DNA from: Pseudodesulfovibrio piezophilus C1TLV30
Lineage (GTDB): Bacteria > Desulfobacterota > Desulfovibrionia > Desulfovibrionales > Desulfovibrionaceae
NCBI RefSeq assembly: GCF_000341895.1
Contig: NC_020409.1
Span: forward strand, 1,530,001-1,562,000
DNA length: 32,000 nt
Direction: 5' to 3'
A program made the position numbers and the translations under genes. The notes below the pieces were generated by a model. That model did no database searches. It saw only the letters and a program-made list of their open reading frames with translations, and was not told the origin of the DNA. Positions 9,000 to 17,391 of the stretch are shown one piece after another; the first letter of the stretch is position 1; every line of letters starts with the position of its first letter.

Positions 9000-10546
9000 C
9001 TGATGACGAATTAATTTTTGCAGCAGAAACCACAGAGACAGCACTCCCTATTGAACAACGACTCTGGAAACTGTTGGTAGTAGACGACGACAGCTTTGTG
9101 CACAAGGTCACCAGACTGGTCCTGGAAGATTACACATTCGAGGGCAACGGCCTGGAAATCCTCTCTGCTTTTTCTGCTGAAGAAGGGAAAAGCCTGCTCA
9201 AGGAACATCAGGATATAGCAGTCATTCTCCTGGATGTGGTCATGGAAACACACCAGGCAGGCCTGGATCTCGCCGCATGGATCAGGGACGAATTGGACAA
9301 TAATCTCATTCGTATCATCCTGCGGACCGGCCAGCCGGGCGAGGCCCCCGAACAGGAGGTCATCTTCAAATATGACATCAACGACTACAAGGAAAAGGCG
9401 GAACTGACTTCACAAAAACTCGCCACAACAGTGACGACCGCCATCAGATCCTATCGAGATCTCCGCACCATAGAGCGAAATAGGGCTGGACTGTCACAAA
9501 TAGTCGCGGCTTCTCCAACCATTTTCAGATCTCAATCCCTAGGAGAATTCGCTTCCGGTGTCCTGACACAACTCGTAGCAACCCTCAGTCTGGACGATGA
9601 CACTGTCATGGCTCGAGCATCCGGCCTGGCCGCAGCCAAGGAAGACGGTAGTTTCAAGGTTATCGCTTCCACCGGCAAGTACAGCCTGACCAGAGATATG
9701 CCACTGGAACGCTTGGGGGACAAGGAAGCTCTTCAAAGCATACAGTTCGCAACAAAAAACAAACAGACATTCTTCAAGGATAACACTTTCGTAGGGTTCT
9801 ACAGAACTGCCAGTGATTCTGAAAGTGTCATTTACCTCCGCAGTTCCGGTCCCATCAGTGAAATTGACAGAGACCTCATAGAAGTTTTTTCAAACAATAT
9901 TTCAGCAGCTTATGACAACCTTGACCTCCATCGGGTTCTCAATGAAACGCAAAAAGATCTTCTCTTCATCCTTGGCGATGTTGTGGAAAGCCGCACAATG
10001 GGAATGTCAAATCATGCACGACGAGTCGCAGAATACTCACACCTTCTCGCCCTGCGTTCCGGTATGGATACAGAATCAGCAAACCAGTTCAAACTGGCCT
10101 CTCCCATGCATGACATCGGCAAGATAGGCATCTCCGATTCCATACTCTTGAAACCATCCAAGCTGGATGCCAGAGAATTTGACATCATCAAGGGACACCC
10201 GACAATTGGCTATAATATTCTGAAAGGGTCGGAAAGACCGTTGATGCATCTCGCAGCCATTATTGCGCTGGAACATCACGAACAATGGAATGGCGAAGGA
10301 TACCCCATGGGTCTTGCCGGAGAAGAGATCTCGCTTGTTGGCAGAATCACCCGCGTCGCCGATGTCTTCGACGCTTTGGACAGTCACCGCCCCCACAAGG
10401 AACCATGGCCCCTGGAAGACTCCATCGATTATATGAAACAGAATCGCGGGACCGATTTTGACCCGACAATCATTGATCTTTTCATGGAAAACCTGGATGA
10501 AATTCTTGAGCTCAGAGCAACCTATGGTGATGAGAGTAAAGACTAA
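8996..10546 (+). CDS. Response regulator with REC, a GAF-like (DUF3369-type) middle domain, and an HD-GYP c-di-GMP phosphodiesterase domain
   Basis: REC is supported by LLVVDDD...ILLDVVM...EKA. HD-GYP is supported by HARRVAEYS, MHDIGKIGI, GHPTIGYNIL and HHEQWNGEGYPMGL. The start overlaps the kinase stop by 4 nt (ATGA). Confidence 0.9.
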   Translation: MTDDELIFAAETTETALPIEQRLWKLLVVDDDSFVHKVTRLVLEDYTFEGNGLEILSAFSAEEGKSLLKEHQDIAVILLDVVMETHQAGLDLAAWIRDELDNNLIRIILRTGQPGEAPEQEVIFKYDINDYKEKAELTSQKLATTVTTAIRSYRDLRTIERNRAGLSQIVAASPTIFRSQSLGEFASGVLTQLVATLSLDDDTVMARASGLAAAKEDGSFKVIASTGKYSLTRDMPLERLGDKEALQSIQFATKNKQTFFKDNTFVGFYRTASDSESVIYLRSSGPISEIDRDLIEVFSNNISAAYDNLDLHRVLNETQKDLLFILGDVVESRTMGMSNHARRVAEYSHLLALRSGMDTESANQFKLASPMHDIGKIGISDSILLKPSKLDAREFDIIKGHPTIGYNILKGSERPLMHLAAIIALEHHEQWNGEGYPMGLAGEEISLVGRITRVADVFDALDSHRPHKEPWPLEDSIDYMKQNRGTDFDPTIIDLFMENLDEILELRATYGDESKD

Positions 10547-13419
10547 CTCTCGATCATGCACGCAGTCCCGATGGACCGGACATATGTAATAACCTCTTCC
10601 AAGGGCAAGGGTTTACTGTAATAGAATCCTTGAATCAATTCACATCCGAATTCTCGGAGCATTTCTATCTGCTCCTTGGTTTCCACGCCTTCAGCCACCA
10701 CCCCTATACCCAGGTTTCTGGCCATAAGAATGATCGTTTCAACAATTTGAGCGTCTGAAGCGTCGGTCGTGATATCCCGAATAAAAGAGCGATCGACCTT
10801 GAGCACATCAATAGGAAAATTCTTGAGATAGTACAGTGAGGAGTGCCCTGTTCCAAAATCATCAATGGAGATGGATATCCCATGCTCCACCAGAAGGTTG
10901 AGCTTGGCAATGGAAGACTGAACATCGGTCATGAGCGTGGACTCTGTAATCTCCAGTTCCAACTTGGATGGTGACAGTCCATTTCGTTCAAGGCTGGAAA
11001 CTACCATCTCAACCAAATCATCCTGCTGGAACTGAATCGGTGAGAGATTCACCGAAACCCGGATGTCAGAGCATCCGATGCCATCAAAAACCTGCATGGC
11101 CTTACAAGATGTCTCAAGGACAAATTCGCCCAGAGGGACTATCATCCCGGTTTCTTCAGCCAGTGGGATGAAATCTGCAGGGCTCATCAAAGACCCGTCA
11201 GGCTTCTGCCAGCGAACGAGAGCCTCCACCCCTTCCACCGCGCCGCTTCCCAACTGGACCTTGGGCTGGAAGAAAACCGTAAATTCCTGGTCCTTCAATG
11301 CCTGCCGCATATCGCTTTCAAGCTGAATACGCTTGAAAACACGCGCATTCATCTCCTTGGTAAAGAGAAAATAGGAATTTTTTCCATTCGCTTTCGACTG
11401 ATACATGGCCATGTCTGCGTTCTTGATCAATTCTCCGGGAGTTTCTCCATCATCCGGAAACATTGTCACACCGATGCTGGGCGATATTTCCACTTCCTGA
11501 TCATAAATGAAGAACGGAGCATCAAAGGCTCTCAGTACCTTTTCCGCAATCTCCGCAACCTCGTGTTCACTCCCAACTTCCTCGAAAATCAAAAGAAACT
11601 CATCGCCGCCCAATCGTGCGACCGTATCAGCGTTCTTGAAGTGAATTTGCAGCTGCTTGGCAACTTCCTGAATCAGGACATCTCCCTTGGCATGACCGAA
11701 TGAGTCATTGACATTCTTGAAATTATCCAGATCAAGGTACAGTACCGCCACCTTTGTCTTATCCCGCCCGGCATGCGCAAGAGCCACCCCAAGTCGGTCC
11801 TGAGCAAGGGCGCGGTTGGGCAAACCTGTCAACGCATCATGGTATGCCTGATGTTCGATCTGCTGATCCTTCAGCTTCATATCGGAGATATCATGGAACA
11901 CAGCCACATAGTGACTCACATCGCCGTTTTCATCTCGAATTGAACTGATACTCAGAATTTCCGGGTACGATTCTCCATTCTTACGCCGATTCCATATTTC
12001 ACCATGCCAGGCTCCCCGCTCCTTCAGAACCTTCCACATATCCTTGTAAAAACCGGCATCATGTCTGTCGGATTTCAAGACTCGCGGGTTTTTCCCAAGC
12101 ACTTCTTCCGGCTCAAAACCGGTTATGGTTGAGAAGGAAGGATTCACCGCAATAATGGCTCCATGGCGGTCTGTAATGGAAATACCTTCCAGAGCGTGCT
12201 CGAAAACCATGCCGAAAAGCTTGAGTTGCTGTTCTGCCTTGATCCGTTCCTCTATCTCCGAGAGGAGTCCACGCCTGACCTCATCAAGCTGCTCCATGTA
12301 TTGGTTGAAATGCCTGGCCAGCTCGGCAACTTCCCCCACACCGACAATATCAGCCCGAACCGAAATATCCCCTTTTTCCGCAGCTGACATATTGGCTGCC
12401 AGTTTGGATATGGGCCGGGAAAACGAAAGCCCCAGGTAATACGCAATCGGAAAAAGAAGCAACAAAGCAGCTATGGAAGCCAGGATCAGAACATTCCGAA
12501 GTTTTGTCAGCGGGGCATATACTTCATCCAGATAACTGGCCGACGCGACAGTCCAATCAAGCTCCGGTATATACCGATAAACCATAATTTTCTTACGAGG
12601 CTCTCCATGCTGTGGATCTTTCCAGAGATACTGTAACTGCCCATCCCTGCGCCCCAACAGCGACTTGAAAAGCTCCTTTCCCTGCGCATCCAACCCATTG
12701 GAAACATTCCCGGCAAGCCAGGGGTGAATAATCACTTCCCCCCGTCCGTCCAGAATAAATGCGTACCCGGAAGGACCTATCCCAAATCGGTCAAAGCCGG
12801 CCCTGAAATCGTTGATATCAATAAGGGAAGTGAATTCTTCTCGGTAGGAGGAAACGGAAACAATCCAATTCCAAGGCTCGAAATAGTCCATATAAAGCGC
12901 CTTGGGTCTCGCGATGGTCTCTCCTGGATTGGCCCAATCATATTCAATGTATCCACTGAGCATGGACGCCTGAGCCTTGGCCAGCCACTGCTCCGAGATA
13001 TCTTTACCCATCAGAGATGGGCTGGGATGCAGCGTAACCTGACCTTGGGGTGTTATACTGTATATGTACCCGGTTTTGCCAATAGTCTGGCTGCTCAAGA
13101 TCTTCCGCGCGTAAAGCTGAGCAGTTTCACGATCCAGATTCCCGGCCTGCACCTCTGCCTCCAGCCCTGCAAGAATCTCGACGTTCTTTTCAGCAATGGC
13201 CCGGAGCCTGTTCCGTACGGAAACACGACCGGCAGTTTGGACCATATTTCGGATGGCATCTGTGGAAGAACTCAACTCGGAAATGATATTTTCTTTGAGA
13301 GTTTCTCTAACCCCTGAAAAGATTATACCCGATGTGACAACGGTAATAAGGAGAAAAACGAGAGAAAACCACGCAATAAGGTGGTATTTTATACTGATAT
13401 CTTGTTTCAATAATTTCAA
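10543..13419 (-). CDS. Membrane c-di-GMP turnover protein: tandem Cache sensor, HAMP, PAS, GGDEF, EAL
   Basis: N-terminal TM, then two Cache-like modules (GKTGYIYSITPQG...EPWNWIVSVSSY; GPSGYAFILDGRG...ELDWTVASASY). A second TM is followed by HAMP and PAS. Catalytic motifs are RLGGDEFLLIF (GGDEF) and VEALVRWQ, DDFGTGHSSL, KVDRSFI (EAL). The start codon is TTG. Confidence 0.9.
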   Translation of the reverse strand: MKLLKQDISIKYHLIAWFSLVFLLITVVTSGIIFSGVRETLKENIISELSSSTDAIRNMVQTAGRVSVRNRLRAIAEKNVEILAGLEAEVQAGNLDRETAQLYARKILSSQTIGKTGYIYSITPQGQVTLHPSPSLMGKDISEQWLAKAQASMLSGYIEYDWANPGETIARPKALYMDYFEPWNWIVSVSSYREEFTSLIDINDFRAGFDRFGIGPSGYAFILDGRGEVIIHPWLAGNVSNGLDAQGKELFKSLLGRRDGQLQYLWKDPQHGEPRKKIMVYRYIPELDWTVASASYLDEVYAPLTKLRNVLILASIAALLLLFPIAYYLGLSFSRPISKLAANMSAAEKGDISVRADIVGVGEVAELARHFNQYMEQLDEVRRGLLSEIEERIKAEQQLKLFGMVFEHALEGISITDRHGAIIAVNPSFSTITGFEPEEVLGKNPRVLKSDRHDAGFYKDMWKVLKERGAWHGEIWNRRKNGESYPEILSISSIRDENGDVSHYVAVFHDISDMKLKDQQIEHQAYHDALTGLPNRALAQDRLGVALAHAGRDKTKVAVLYLDLDNFKNVNDSFGHAKGDVLIQEVAKQLQIHFKNADTVARLGGDEFLLIFEEVGSEHEVAEIAEKVLRAFDAPFFIYDQEVEISPSIGVTMFPDDGETPGELIKNADMAMYQSKANGKNSYFLFTKEMNARVFKRIQLESDMRQALKDQEFTVFFQPKVQLGSGAVEGVEALVRWQKPDGSLMSPADFIPLAEETGMIVPLGEFVLETSCKAMQVFDGIGCSDIRVSVNLSPIQFQQDDLVEMVVSSLERNGLSPSKLELEITESTLMTDVQSSIAKLNLLVEHGISISIDDFGTGHSSLYYLKNFPIDVLKVDRSFIRDITTDASDAQIVETIILMARNLGIGVVAEGVETKEQIEMLREFGCELIQGFYYSKPLPLEEVITYVRSIGTACMIES

Positions 13420-13570
13420 AGCGAACTACCTGTTACTGGCTCGAATCCGATCACCCACGTAAAGAACAAAGGCGTAGATTTAAACAGTATAGACTCACAC
13501 CGCTTTTGAAAAGATGATTATAGCAAAAAAAACCGGCAGGCTCTGATTCCGAAGGATTCACTCCGAGACA

Positions 13571-14575
13571 TCAACCACCAATGGATGCCATCCGAGTCCG
13601 ACACACACCCTGCCCAGCCGGCATCCGTTCCAGCAATTCATACCCCATGGGCTTGTGCCTGCTGGCTCGTCGCAAAATGCGCTCTACTGCTGACAGACCA
13701 AGCTTTGGATTCCGCAGCACTGCCCGCAACTTGTACACTTTGTCGGAAAAAAGGCAGGTGCGCAAATTCCCGTTCGATGTCAGCCGCAATCTGTTGCAGG
13801 TCGCGCAGAAATGATTGGTATAGGGGGAGATCAAGCCAATACGCCCTTTCCCGCCTACAATGGAAAACATTCGGGCAGGTCCGCTTTGTCCGCACCCGGC
13901 CTCGACAACAGGCTCCATCTCAGCCAGGGCCATGGCCTCGGCCAATATTTCTTCGGATTTCCAAACCCGGCTGTCATCCCATCCAGTCTCCAGACCGACA
14001 GGCATGAACTCGATAAAACGCATATCCAGGACATTTTCACGGGCGAAGTCGACAAATGCAGGCAGTTCGCCATCATTGACCCCACGCATGGCGACGGCAT
14101 TGACCTTGACGGTCATCCCCGCCTCAATACACCGATCAATATTCGCCCGAACATCCTGAAACAGATCACGCCCGGTAATCTTCTCGAACATGGCGGGATC
14201 AAGCGTATCAAGAGAAATATTGATCCGTTTTATTCCGGCCTTGGCCAGAGGGGTGACATATTCCCCGATCAAGGTGGCGTTGGAAGTGACGCACAAGTCC
14301 AGTTGGGGAAACCGGGCTGCCGCCCGAATCATGAAATCGCCAAATCCTTTGCGAACAAAAGGTTCTCCCCCCGTAAAACGAACCTTTTCCACCCCCAAAC
14401 CCACAGCAAGTTCCATCAGTTCAAGAATTTCTTCATAACGCAGGATATCAGGGTGAGGAATGAATTCACGTCCTTCACCGGCACAGTAGGTACAGCGCAG
14501 GTTACAACGGTCTGTGACGCTGACGCGCATATAGCTGGCCTTGCGACCATGCTTATCTTCAAGGAGCTTGTGCAT
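13571..14575 (-). CDS. moaA: GTP 3',8-cyclase MoaA (radical SAM, molybdenum cofactor biosynthesis)
   Basis: SYMRVSVTDRCNLRCTYC (CxxxCxxC radical-SAM cluster), a C-terminal CATCNRLRLTSNGNLRTCLF cluster, and an ending ...MASIGG. Confidence 0.93.
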   Translation of the reverse strand: MHKLLEDKHGRKASYMRVSVTDRCNLRCTYCAGEGREFIPHPDILRYEEILELMELAVGLGVEKVRFTGGEPFVRKGFGDFMIRAAARFPQLDLCVTSNATLIGEYVTPLAKAGIKRINISLDTLDPAMFEKITGRDLFQDVRANIDRCIEAGMTVKVNAVAMRGVNDGELPAFVDFARENVLDMRFIEFMPVGLETGWDDSRVWKSEEILAEAMALAEMEPVVEAGCGQSGPARMFSIVGGKGRIGLISPYTNHFCATCNRLRLTSNGNLRTCLFSDKVYKLRAVLRNPKLGLSAVERILRRASRHKPMGYELLERMPAGQGVCRTRMASIGG

Positions 14576-14699
14576 GGGGTCCCTACCATTGAGTCAGGAT
14601 ATGAGCCATAGAGATAAAAGACATCAATGTCAGGCCCAATCAATTCAATAAATGGTTCCATCATGCCGATCAACCCCGGCATAACGGAGACGAGTCATT

Positions 14700-14731
14700 G
14701 AAAGATGCGAGCCGCGACTATCGCATCTTTC
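14700..14731 (-). terminator. Strong hairpin between the MoaE-like gene and moaA
   Basis: Perfect 11-bp stem gaaagatgcga (14700-14710) / tcgcatctttc (14721-14731) with a 10-nt loop, starting 12 nt downstream of the MoaE-like stop on the minus strand. No clear U-tract, so terminator function is uncertain. Confidence 0.4.
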
Positions 14732-14742
14732 ATCGTTGAAAA

Positions 14743-15105
14743 TCAGGCAAATATTTCCTTTTTGCTCACAGCCTCGGATTTGACACGATCAAGAAAATCG
14801 GCAAGCGCAGCTTTGACATTTTCCCTGATATCACCAGCCACAATGAGGAACAGGACATCATCACCGGGAAGCATGGTTCCTGACTTGGCATGTGCGACCG
14901 CCCTGAAGATGCCGTCGTACGCTTCAATCTCTTTTCTGATTTCCTCGATCTTCTCATAATCCTGTGTCACTTCGATGGCAGTCACTTCCGTCCGGTCCTT
15001 GCGCGACCAACCACGGACAACGCCATTATGCACCAGCATCATACCAACATTTTCGGTAAATCCCGGCTCTTTCTTCAAATCTGCTATTGCTTTATTGATA
15101 TCCAC
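14743..15105 (-). CDS. Short MoaE-family (molybdopterin synthase catalytic subunit-like) protein, 120 aa
   Basis: The sequence runs colinear with E. coli MoaE as I recall it. GMMLVHNGVVRG parallels GAVVTFTGKVRN, GTMLPGDDVLFLIVAG parallels GELWPGDEIVFVGVTS, and FLDRVKSEAVSKKE parallels YLKTRAPFWKRE. GTG start preceded by GGGAG. Confidence 0.6.
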   Translation of the reverse strand: MDINKAIADLKKEPGFTENVGMMLVHNGVVRGWSRKDRTEVTAIEVTQDYEKIEEIRKEIEAYDGIFRAVAHAKSGTMLPGDDVLFLIVAGDIRENVKAALADFLDRVKSEAVSKKEIFA

Positions 15106-15533
15106 GCGAATCTCCCTGTCTTTTAGTCTTCCATTGAACTGTTCGATATGCCGTCAGTGCCCCCTGGGCAAGTGTCGAGTTTTTCCCCCCGGTCCGGCAC
15201 TACAAAAGCTATCCCCGCGCTGCATTATAATAATACCACACTCCCCAACGTCTGTTAAGGTAAGGCTGACAATGATGACATTGTCATCGTACTGGTACTC
15301 CTCTCCTGGGTGAGCCTATCGCCGGTTCCGTCACCCCTGGACCAGGTAAAATCGACTGCCGCGCACTCCAACGCCCTCCACTGCCTTGGATGCATGGACC
15401 GCACAGACGACGTCGGAAACAACGCGATGGGCATACGACTCGGGGCCAGGGTCAGCTTTGTGGAATCCCATCCATTCCGCAAACCGCCTGGCCCCTTGTT
15501 CGTGCCAACTTCCAGCACGACAAGTGGAATATG

Positions 15534-16382
15534 CTACATTTTTTCCAAAGCAGACAGCACTTCATCAATGAGATGACGGGGAGTTGAAGCCCCGGCCGTA
15601 ACACCAACCCGCTCATAGAAAGTCAATTCGTCAAGATCAAGATCTGCCACCGTCTCAACATGTTTGCACGGTGTCCCATTATCCATGGCAACCTGAGCCA
15701 ACCGCCGGGTATTCCCACTATTAAAGCCACCGACCACTACCATGAAATCAACCTCGCTGGAAAGACTTTTGGCCTCCCTCTGGCGGAGTTTGGTTGCATC
15801 ACAAATGGTATTGAGCACCACTATATCGAGAGTCGGATCACCTGCAAGCTCTTGAGTCATAGCATCAAAAAGCGCCCTGTCCTGAGTCGTCTGGGCAGCA
15901 AGGACATATGATTTGTCCTTTACGAGCGGGTAGCTCGCCAATTCTTCGGCGGATTCAAAGAGAAAATGACCATCTTCGGCATAACTCACCAACCCCTTGA
16001 CTTCAGGATGATCCGCTTCACCATAAAGCAGCAGTTCCTCTCCTTTCCGAGTATGTCTCGCTATGAGTAATTGGGCCTTCTTGACTCGCGGACACGTTGC
16101 ATCCTTGATAATGATATCCCGCTCCGCAAGCTCGGCTTCCACCTGCCGGGTTATACCATGAGCCCGAATCACAAGATATGTTCCGTCCGGAACCTCTTCG
16201 GGCTTTTCGGCAATTATGACACCCAGTTCAGCATACTTTTTCAGGACTTGAGGATTGTGAATGATGGGGCCAAGAATATAGATGGGCCGCCCGTTGGCTC
16301 TTGCTACAAGCGAATCAAGCTTGGTCAAGGCGAGATCAACTCCCATGCAAAATCCGGCAGTTTCGGCAAGTATCACTTCCAT
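15534..16382 (-). CDS. ispH: 4-hydroxy-3-methylbut-2-enyl diphosphate reductase IspH/LytB
   Basis: MEVILAETAGFCMGVDLAL..., HGITRQV, ATCPRVKK, VVGGFNSGNTRRL, with AGGAGA upstream of the ATG. Confidence 0.93.
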   Translation of the reverse strand: MEVILAETAGFCMGVDLALTKLDSLVARANGRPIYILGPIIHNPQVLKKYAELGVIIAEKPEEVPDGTYLVIRAHGITRQVEAELAERDIIIKDATCPRVKKAQLLIARHTRKGEELLLYGEADHPEVKGLVSYAEDGHFLFESAEELASYPLVKDKSYVLAAQTTQDRALFDAMTQELAGDPTLDIVVLNTICDATKLRQREAKSLSSEVDFMVVVGGFNSGNTRRLAQVAMDNGTPCKHVETVADLDLDELTFYERVGVTAGASTPRHLIDEVLSALEKM

Positions 16383-16453
16383 GCATTATCTCCTGGTAAA
16401 CTCAAGAACGCCACAGAACGGAAAGTCACACCGAGGGTTTCCGAACATGCACC

Positions 16454-16495
16454 TTGACTTATAGTGGCAAAATGAATATTAAATTCAATTAATTG
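16454..16495 (+). promoter_or_regulatory. Putative sigma70 promoter plus palindromic operator upstream of the TetR gene
   Basis: TTGACT (16454-16459), a 17-nt spacer, then TATTAA (16477-16482). A perfect 10-bp palindrome CAATTAATTG (16486-16495) follows immediately, in the ispH/tetR divergent region. Confidence 0.35.
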
Positions 16496-16536
16496 TTTAA
16501 TCTTTTCATGATGGACACAGTCCGCAAACAATCATT

Positions 16537-17169
16537 ATGAACGACAAGACTGACGTCAACACAAAAGATGCCCTCCTCGCCGCGGCAATTGAAGTCTTTG
16601 CGGACAAGGGATTCGACGCGGCCACCGTCCGTGATATATGTGGTAAGGCAAACGCCAATGTCGCCGCTGTCAATTATCACTACGGAGGTAAGGATGCCCT
16701 GTATGTCGCTGCCCTGGAGCAGGTTTTTCCCATGGAAGAACACACGGACATCAGCACCGACACTTCGCTGGAACCGGAAGAGCGGTTACGGGTCTATCTG
16801 ACAATGATGGTGGATGAGATATATGAACGCGGCAATGGGATGGTTAATGAACGGTGGGCCATCTTCCTCCGGGAAATGGCAAAACCAAGCCCCAACCTCG
16901 ACTTTATCGTTCACCGACAGGTAGAGCCTCGCGCCAATGAACTCCGCGAAATTGTCGCTGCTATTCTCGGCCCGGACACACCGGATCAGGTGCTCGCCTT
17001 TTCCAGTTCGAATATATGGGCCATGATGCTTGATCACGTCCTGACCCAGCCCATTCTGGATCGTTTGAGTCTCAAACGTCCGGCCGTGAAAGGGAATAGA
17101 AATAGCTTTGTCCAGCATCTTGTCCGTTTTGCCCTTGGCGGACTCAACGCTGTCAAAGGACAGAACTGA
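16537..17169 (+). CDS. TetR/AcrR-family transcriptional regulator (CerR-type C-terminal domain)
   Basis: N-terminal HTH: KDALLAAAIEVFADKGFDAATVRDICGKANANVAAVNYHYGGKDALY. Confidence 0.88.
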   Translation: MNDKTDVNTKDALLAAAIEVFADKGFDAATVRDICGKANANVAAVNYHYGGKDALYVAALEQVFPMEEHTDISTDTSLEPEERLRVYLTMMVDEIYERGNGMVNERWAIFLREMAKPSPNLDFIVHRQVEPRANELREIVAAILGPDTPDQVLAFSSSNIWAMMLDHVLTQPILDRLSLKRPAVKGNRNSFVQHLVRFALGGLNAVKGQN

Positions 17170-17391
17170 AAGAACAAGCGCTCCCCCATTCCCGTTGCAC
17201 TCTTTTCCAAAAACCATTCTGTGCAGTCCATGCCCTTGAAAAGGAATCAGACACGGAACCAGACATCCTCGTTCCCTTGATCCTTTGACATCAAATTTCC
17301 TCTTTCCTATTCTGACGGAGTTTGGATACAATTGGCAGCTTCTGTCCGGCATCAAAGAGAACTCATTCTGCCCCAACACGGAAACAACTCA

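Noticed and set aside
13438-13448. GGCTCGAATCC, reminiscent of a tRNA T-loop
   Set aside because: The flanking bases do not form a T-stem, acceptor stem or anticodon arm. It is not a tRNA.
13811-14611. 266-aa plus-strand ORF, plus several 80-140-aa ORFs in 13581-14438
   Set aside because: All are antisense to or out of frame with moaA, whose radical-SAM motifs are unambiguous.
14416-14682. 88-aa minus-strand ORF spanning the moaA start and part of the moaA/MoaE-like spacer
   Set aside because: It overlaps the moaA N-terminus in another frame. It has no SD and no recognisable family, and no MoaD-like C-terminal Gly-Gly.
15144-15163. Sigma54-like GGCAC...GCAT element on the minus strand upstream of the MoaE-like gene
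   Set aside because: The GG-to-GC spacing is two nt shorter than in the TGGCAC-N5-TTGC consensus, so it does not fit a -24/-12 promoter.
15106-15400. Canonical Moco (molybdenum cofactor) riboswitch upstream of the MoaE-like gene
   Set aside because: I could not find the conserved cores I remember from the E. coli moaA element, such as GCCUCCC near the RBS. I report the region only as an unassigned structured spacer pending a covariance-model scan.
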